Assembly (NCBI GenBank): GCA_951812855.1
Contig: OX638337.1
Span: forward strand, 750,001-782,000
DNA from: an uncultured Lentisphaeria bacterium
GTDB lineage: Bacteria; Verrucomicrobiota; Lentisphaeria; JABSQK01; JAJFLO01
Length of the DNA: 32,000 nucleotides
Direction: 5' to 3'
The notes below the pieces were generated by a model. The model was not told the origin of the DNA, made no database searches, and was given only the letters and a program-made list of their open reading frames with translations. A program made the position numbers and the translations under genes. Below are positions 26,262 to 32,000 of the stretch, one piece after another. Each line of letters opens with the position of its first letter. The stretch's first letter is position 1.

Positions 26262-27136
26262 TCGTTGTTTGGTTCTTCCTGACACTTTCCTTTTCCTATG
26301 CTCACCAACCCGTTATGGATATGGCACCGCGCTGGGAAGACGGATACGGTTTTCAATTTCGTCATGAGTATTACGGTTCAAACAATTTGATGGATAGTGA
26401 TTCACGAATTTCCAATCCCTTAGGTCTGGAACGGTTCGTGAATAAAACATGGTTAGAAGGTGTCTATACGTTTAGCCGATCAAACCGTATAACATTTAAA
26501 TTACCTTATGTTCAGCAGCGACGCATTAAAAACATTGCCGGCGTCGGCGTTAAACAGGAAACCAATGGGATTGGCGATTTGGTATTGGCAGCACCCTTTA
26601 AATTCTATAAAAACCTTCGTGCAAATACGCGTAATTTCGGGATAACACCATCAGTTCGTATTCCAACAGGACGATCAGGTGGAGATTTCCCAATTAGCGA
26701 TGGAAGTTGGGATTTTGGATTGAGCATATCCTACAGCTCAGAGGGTTATCCATTTGGCAAGGATAACCACATTAAAATCTACCAACTTTACGATCTTTTC
26801 TATTGGCAGAATACTGAAGGGAAACATGATATGCACGACGGAAATGAATTGGGGCTGGATATAAATATCGGTTTACATCCGTATCACAATGATCAGATTA
26901 ATGCCGGTATGTTTATCATGTGGGATATCACAGCAAGATATAACCGTACACCGAATTCAGCAACATTAACGACAGCCAGCGGCGGAAAACGCGTTCAGAC
27001 CGGTCCGGTTCTGGTGTTATATAAGGACAACATAATGTTTCGTAGTGAATACAAATTTCTGGCGTACGAGAATACCCGTAACGTATCTGTATCACGCGGC
27101 CACAAACTTAATATCGGTATTGGATTTACGTTTTAA
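26243..27136 (+). CDS. outer-membrane beta-barrel protein (MetA-pathway/transporter-like family, tentative)
   Basis: Signal peptide ending SYA|HQP. Alternating amphipathic strands, a GIGDL motif, and the C-terminal ...NIGIGFTF with terminal Phe typical of OMPs. The start overlaps the HMA gene by 19 nt. Confidence 0.65.
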   Translation: MYRLFLIVVWFFLTLSFSYAHQPVMDMAPRWEDGYGFQFRHEYYGSNNLMDSDSRISNPLGLERFVNKTWLEGVYTFSRSNRITFKLPYVQQRRIKNIAGVGVKQETNGIGDLVLAAPFKFYKNLRANTRNFGITPSVRIPTGRSGGDFPISDGSWDFGLSISYSSEGYPFGKDNHIKIYQLYDLFYWQNTEGKHDMHDGNELGLDINIGLHPYHNDQINAGMFIMWDITARYNRTPNSATLTTASGGKRVQTGPVLVLYKDNIMFRSEYKFLAYENTRNVSVSRGHKLNIGIGFTF

Positions 27137-27199
27137 GCTAACTTGAATTTCGAAACCAATGCCGAATCGCGAAGGAAAAATCAAAAATAATTCAAAATA

Positions 27200-28180
27200 C
27201 TATGGTTTCTTGTTTCTATTTTTCTGGATAGCAAGTGTATTACGTTCCCAGAATACACCGTCTTTATAGCCTTGGATTGATGTGTCGTTATCCGCAGTTT
27301 CCAATCGCTTTAAGGAAAGCATTGCATACTCTTCATCTAACTCAATTGCATAGAAGTTGCGATTTAATTTTTTTGCGACAACAGCGGTTGTTCCCGAACC
27401 GGAAAACGGATCGAATACGACATCACCGGAGCTGGAACTGGCGAGAATTAATTTTGCCAGGAGTTTTTCCGGTTTTTGCGTTGGATGATCCGTATTTTCA
27501 GGCATACTCCAAAACGGAATACTGATGTCTGTCCACAAGTTACTCGGATGCGTTAGTCTAAAATTACCCTCTGAATTCTCTTCCCAATCCTTGGGTTTAC
27601 CGTTTTTACGATACGGTGCAATTACTTTCCGCTTAGGCTTGATATCCTCAACATTGAATGTGTAATCATTACCTTTTGTGGTAAACCAGATATCTTCATG
27701 AGAATTTTTGAAATTCTTCTTTGCTCCCCGCCCCTTTTCACGCTCCCAGGTTATTCGGTTGCGAACGACCAAATAATCACTGATAACCTGATATATCGAA
27801 ATCGATGTTTTCCAATCCCCACAGGTATAAACCGAACCGGTATCTTTTAATTTTGGGACCAATAATTTAAACCACGATCGAAACCAGTCCGTGTACTTTG
27901 CTTCTGTCGTTTTATTGAAGCTGCTATTATTAAACCGCTTACTCAGATTATACGGCGGGTCTAAAAAGATCAAATCAACAGAAGAATCCGGGATATACTC
28001 GATTGAGTCATAAAAATCCCCGTGAATAATGGTATTTAATGGTACAGCTGATTTCAATTTACTGGCAAGCAATAATTCTTTTCGGAATTTTTCCCTTTCA
28101 GCATCATTAAGTGTTATTGTCTGATTCCGACCGGATCGTTTTTTTTCTTTCATGGTGTTTTTGCTTTTTGAGTTATGCAA
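27200..28180 (-). CDS. beta-class DNA methyltransferase, DPPY motif (N6-adenine type probable)
   Basis: Motif IV (DLIFLDPPYN) precedes motif I (VFDPFSGSGTTAVVA), with HPTQKP between them, giving CcrM/HinfI-like order. The track start is TTG 28180; the ATG at 28153 (MKEKKRSG) is more likely. Confidence 0.88.
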   Translation of the reverse strand: MHNSKSKNTMKEKKRSGRNQTITLNDAEREKFRKELLLASKLKSAVPLNTIIHGDFYDSIEYIPDSSVDLIFLDPPYNLSKRFNNSSFNKTTEAKYTDWFRSWFKLLVPKLKDTGSVYTCGDWKTSISIYQVISDYLVVRNRITWEREKGRGAKKNFKNSHEDIWFTTKGNDYTFNVEDIKPKRKVIAPYRKNGKPKDWEENSEGNFRLTHPSNLWTDISIPFWSMPENTDHPTQKPEKLLAKLILASSSSGDVVFDPFSGSGTTAVVAKKLNRNFYAIELDEEYAMLSLKRLETADNDTSIQGYKDGVFWERNTLAIQKNRNKKP

Positions 28181-28517
28181 AAATTCTATAAGTTATTCGA
28201 ACAACTTCTGTACTATTAGGAAGATTGATATTTGGCTCCTTAAAGCTCCGATTATATCGGCGACGACGTTTTATAGAATTCATAGAGAACCTCCTGTAAA
28301 ATATAACATAAGATCATGGTGTGTCCTCTATTTCGGGGTAAGGTCAATAATCTCAGGGTTTAAGGTTATGATTTAGCACTTCCATGCTGTTGGAGAATCG
28401 TCATTCTCACTGCTGCCTGTGTATTTATTTGTATACCAAAATTATATTTTTCAGCTATGCTGAGGTATTGGTAAATTACTGTACTCTATATTTTATAACA
28501 AATTGAATTTTTCATGA

Positions 28518-28922
28518 AAGGAAATTGATATCAAAACAACAACAATAAATTTCACGATAAGTCTGGACGAAAATGATACGCCGGAAAAAATCACCTGGCA
28601 AGCTGACGGTACGGCATCAAACAAGGAGCTGGAATCGAAGGCAATTGCAATTTCCATTTGGGATCAGAAAAAGGAAAATACAACCCGTTTTGATCTGTGG
28701 ACAAGAAACATGACCCGGGAGGAAATGTCTAAATTTGTTTTCCAGACATTTCTTTTAATGAGTGAGGCATTTTCCAACTCTACCGGTAACAGAGAAATGG
28801 CAAATGAAATGATAAAGTTTGCAGAACATTTTGGCGTGAAAACCGGTGTGATTAGAATGAAAACTGATAAGCAATCGAAGGCCGGCAATGATGAAATCAA
28901 GCCGTTTGAACTCAAAATATAG
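28518..28922 (+). CDS. gldC: GldC-family protein; start codon unresolved
   Basis: The frame is open from 28518: KEIDIKTTTINFTISLDENDTPEKITWQADG...AIAISIWDQKKENTTRFDLWTRNMTREEMSKFVFQTFLLMSEAF. By recall this matches the GldC family. The track reports only the internal Met at 28710. Confidence 0.7.
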   Translation, partial: KEIDIKTTTINFTISLDENDTPEKITWQADGTASNKELESKAIAISIWDQKKENTTRFDLWTRNMTREEMSKFVFQTFLLMSEAFSNSTGNREMANEMIKFAEHFGVKTGVIRMKTDKQSKAGNDEIKPFELKI

Positions 28923-29115
28923 TTAGAAATCGATTTTTTCAGGACAAGCTCATACTAATTTAAACTGTATTGCTTAAGACCAACTTTTTATATTAGAAAC
29001 AATCGAAGCATTAGCATGACGAGTTTCCTGCTCCGAAAGGTGATATGCAATTTAGATCAGGTTCAAGGAAACATATCAAAAATAGATTTGACAATAGCCA
29101 ATAGTGTTGCGAAAA

Positions 29116-30105
29116 TTACTTTAACAAATCTTCTACAACTTCCCGCTCATCAACCAGCTCACATGTCGTTTTTTCAATTTTTTCAGAAAGATAATCATCC
29201 ATCTCAAAACCCGGAACAATTTCGACACCGCCTGCAGTTGTATTTCGGCAGGGGAATGAAAAAATCAGCCCTTCAGGAACACCGTATGGATTACCATCAC
29301 TGATTACCGCAGAACTGTAAACTTCGTCCGTATTATCAGATACAATAGATTTAACCGCATCAACAGCTGCGGATGCTGCGGATGCTGCGGACGATTTTCC
29401 TCTGGCACTAATAATTGCTGCACCGCGTTTTGCAACAACATTAATAAATTCTCCCTGCAAGTAGTCAAGATCATTAACCACATCTACCGCACTGCGGCCA
29501 CTGACAGTCACATTTTTGTAGTCCGGGACCTGATTGGCTGAATGATTACCCCAAATGATCATATTTTTTATATCGCTGACATCAGTATTCGTCTTCTCTG
29601 CAAGCTGATTTACTGCTCTATTCTGATCAAGACGAGTCATTGCGTGAAATCGGTTTCTCGGAATATCAGGTGCATTGTGCATCGTGATCAAACAATTTGT
29701 ATTACATGGATTTCCCACAGTCAAAATGCGTACATCGGAGGAAGCGTAATTGTTGATTGCCTTCCCTGTACTGGTAAAAATTGGACCATTTTCTTTGATC
29801 AAATCGGCTCGTTCCATTCCGGGACCCCGGGGCTTCGAACCCACCAGCAATGCCCAGTTTACATCTTTCATTACCGTATTAACGTCGTCGGTCAAGACAA
29901 TATCTTTAAGGAGAGGAAATGCACAATCATCAAGTTCCATTGCCACCCCTTCAAGTGCCCCCATGGCAACGGGAAGTTCGAGTATATTAATTGCAACAGG
30001 TTGCTCAGGACCAAACATTGCCCCGGATGCGATTCTAAATAATAAGCTGTAACATATTTGTCCTGCACCACCAGTAACGGCGACTCGTATTGTAGAACCA
30101 GCCAT
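29116..30105 (-). CDS. mdh: malate dehydrogenase (329-aa, LDH-unlike 'cytosolic/Thermus' type)
   Basis: [50 protein letters not shown] and [10 protein letters not shown]. Confidence 0.94.
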   Translation of the reverse strand: MAGSTIRVAVTGGAGQICYSLLFRIASGAMFGPEQPVAINILELPVAMGALEGVAMELDDCAFPLLKDIVLTDDVNTVMKDVNWALLVGSKPRGPGMERADLIKENGPIFTSTGKAINNYASSDVRILTVGNPCNTNCLITMHNAPDIPRNRFHAMTRLDQNRAVNQLAEKTNTDVSDIKNMIIWGNHSANQVPDYKNVTVSGRSAVDVVNDLDYLQGEFINVVAKRGAAIISARGKSSAASAASAAVDAVKSIVSDNTDEVYSSAVISDGNPYGVPEGLIFSFPCRNTTAGGVEIVPGFEMDDYLSEKIEKTTCELVDEREVVEDLLK

Positions 30106-30322
30106 AACATTTCCTTTCAGTTTTTTATTCAGTCCCGGTCAAATATCTCTATGATACAACCGATATTTGTCGGTTATCCCGGTATTATAATTTAGTGCAT
30201 AAAAAATTATTTTTTAGTCGCTGATTTTGTTCCATATTGAAAAAAAGTTTTGATTTAGTTGGTATAGTCGATAAATTCCCCTTTATCTGCCAATGCAAAA
30301 AAAGTCAACGAAAACGACACTT

Positions 30323-31897
30323 TTATTGGTTGAACTTCGTTATCTCACGATCAAGTACCTGTTGAATATTTTCGGGAATTGTTGATCTGAAATACTGAAG
30401 CATTCTGACTTTTAAATGTTGAAATTCTGGAAGCCCCCGGCGATTTATATCTGCTTCATTCGCCATTTTTGACATATAGTTTTTGTATACTTTTCGTGCT
30501 AACATATCAAACCCATTTGCCCGTTCAATTTCGTGAAGACATATCGATTGATATGCTTTCAATATTAATGCCTGTATAGTTGACTGGGCATTTTCCAATG
30601 ACATGTTATTAATATCCTTAGATAACTCATCAATGACAAATGCGGACAACGCTTTATTAAATCGACTTTTTTCTGAGATCTCCGGCATATCACGCAGTGA
30701 CTCTAAATACTGCTCTGCCTTTTCTTTCAATCCAAACGTATAAAGAATAATGACTGCATCAATCATGAAATTTTCATAACCGGACAGGATATAATTACCG
30801 GCACCATGCCGTTTCATTGTATCTGAATAAGCGTTGCGAACAGCATCACAAAGTGTGACATTAGGCATTGTATTAACTGTATTTGATCCATCAAAATAGA
30901 GTAGTTTACCAGAATTAAACGCAGTCTTAAGACTTTGGAATATCATACGCTCACATTTGATATGAAGATCATTCTCTGCCAGTTTTAAACCCTGATGAGC
31001 CCAAAATAATGAATGTGATTCCGGTAAACGAAAATCTAAATAACCGTATTTTTCCAATACCGCTGAAACCAGAGCCGGGTCAAGCCGGTACTCGTCCCGG
31101 AGCCAGGTTGCCCGAAAATAATTGTCTGAAATTTTAAGAATATTCAATTCTCTTAATTTCAATGAAACAGAATCACTAAACTTCCCGTCCCTGCGAAAAT
31201 GAAGTGCTAATTGATCCAGCGTCAATTTTTCTTTAAATAGTATCTCTTCAAACGCAGACCGATTATTTTTTAACGCCAGTAAAAATTGATCAGAAGAGAG
31301 GGGGGCTAACGACAATTCATTCCAGAAATATTCATCTCCATCACCAATAATACGATGCATTTCTTTAGCTAAAGCAACCTTGTAGTACCGATTTGCATCA
31401 TCAAGTACCTGACCAATTTTATGTTGGTACAACCAGCCTAATTCCCAATATAATAAGGGATCGGATAAATTATAAGTCAACGCATTGTCCCTGAGGAGTT
31501 TTATCCCGTGATTTACCCATCGCCACCGATCTTCCGGTGCCTTACATACAACGGAAACATTATAGGCCATATTCCAGGCCAAAAATGAAGCCGCCCCTGT
31601 AAATCGCGGCTGAAGATTTACGATCCACTCTGAAAGCTGCACCATTTCAAAAAAATTTTCGCTATTTTTCTTGTTCTGCAATCTTAAGAAAAGAATATCT
31701 GCCAGCAATCCCCGAAATCCGCCCAGCATAATTGTAGTAACGACCATCATCGGAGGTGCATTTTCCAGGGGTTCAACTGTCGTTAATTTATTTTGAGTCC
31801 GGATGACATTCATTTTGGAGTGAATAGTAGAAATCAATCCCGGGAGTATCATCATAAAAATACATAAAATACAGAAATATTGTTTTGTCATCTTCAT
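30323..31897 (-). CDS. membrane-anchored protein of unknown function
   Basis: 524-aa ORF with an N-terminal hydrophobic segment (YFCILCIFMMILPGLIS) and a second one (MMVVTTIMLGGFRGLLADILFL). The remainder is helical-repeat-like. I recognise no family. Confidence 0.6.
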   Translation of the reverse strand: MKMTKQYFCILCIFMMILPGLISTIHSKMNVIRTQNKLTTVEPLENAPPMMVVTTIMLGGFRGLLADILFLRLQNKKNSENFFEMVQLSEWIVNLQPRFTGAASFLAWNMAYNVSVVCKAPEDRWRWVNHGIKLLRDNALTYNLSDPLLYWELGWLYQHKIGQVLDDANRYYKVALAKEMHRIIGDGDEYFWNELSLAPLSSDQFLLALKNNRSAFEEILFKEKLTLDQLALHFRRDGKFSDSVSLKLRELNILKISDNYFRATWLRDEYRLDPALVSAVLEKYGYLDFRLPESHSLFWAHQGLKLAENDLHIKCERMIFQSLKTAFNSGKLLYFDGSNTVNTMPNVTLCDAVRNAYSDTMKRHGAGNYILSGYENFMIDAVIILYTFGLKEKAEQYLESLRDMPEISEKSRFNKALSAFVIDELSKDINNMSLENAQSTIQALILKAYQSICLHEIERANGFDMLARKVYKNYMSKMANEADINRRGLPEFQHLKVRMLQYFRSTIPENIQQVLDREITKFNQ

Positions 31898-32000
31898 CGT
31901 TTTATAACATCTATTCTATATCGTTTATAAAAGACGCTTACGATTACAATTCGGATTGAACTGATAAGTTTTAATCGCAAAATCCAAAGCGGATTTTTGT

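Noticed and set aside
29368-29394. 9-bp triple tandem repeat GCTGCGGAT GCTGCGGAT GCTGCGGAC inside mdh
   Set aside because: It is in frame (3 x 9) and encodes the conserved [10 protein letters not shown] segment typical of this MDH family. It is not a frameshifting or variable element.
1-32000. CRISPR arrays, rRNA genes, IS elements/transposases, integrases
   Set aside because: I looked for regularly spaced repeats, rRNA-like conserved blocks and DDE/tyrosine-recombinase-like ORFs on both strands and found none.

Overview
Low-GC (~35%) bacterial chromosome segment, mostly intact housekeeping genes. Minus strand: carB (partial, runs off the left edge), purF, pyrG and an isochorismatase-family hydrolase, then dcd. 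Plus strand: a truncated dcw cluster (mraZ-rsmH-ftsL-ftsI-murE) that ends after murE against a convergent sodC, then an alpha/beta hydrolase, rplM-rpsI, argC-argJ and tRNA-Cys(GCA). The right end carries gldC, mdh and a 524-aa membrane-anchored protein of unknown function. Two accessory patches interrupt this backbone. (1) 10043-13860 is a GC-rich (~55% by eye) 3.8-kb island between a Trm112-like gene and the mraZ promoter. It consists only of decayed polysaccharide/LPS-type genes: an asnB-like gene split at a 7-nt tandem repeat, two diverged N-acetyl-sugar amidotransferase remnants, and a GT1 fragment fused in frame to a WecB fragment. (2) 24919-28283, next to tRNA-Cys, carries a Fic remnant abutting a MerR-family remnant, an intact secreted HMA (MerP-like) protein translationally coupled to an outer-membrane beta-barrel, and an orphan beta-class DPPY DNA methyltransferase. 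Other decayed genes are a sigma-70 factor (two homopolymer frameshifts plus an internal deletion) and an N-terminally truncated HDOD protein. murE and gldC both lack a canonical in-frame start; each has an ATG-AAA one base out of frame. A perfect 36-bp palindrome lies upstream of argJ. No CRISPR array, rRNA, transposase or integrase was recognised. All calls rest on reading and translating the sequence by eye, with no database searches.
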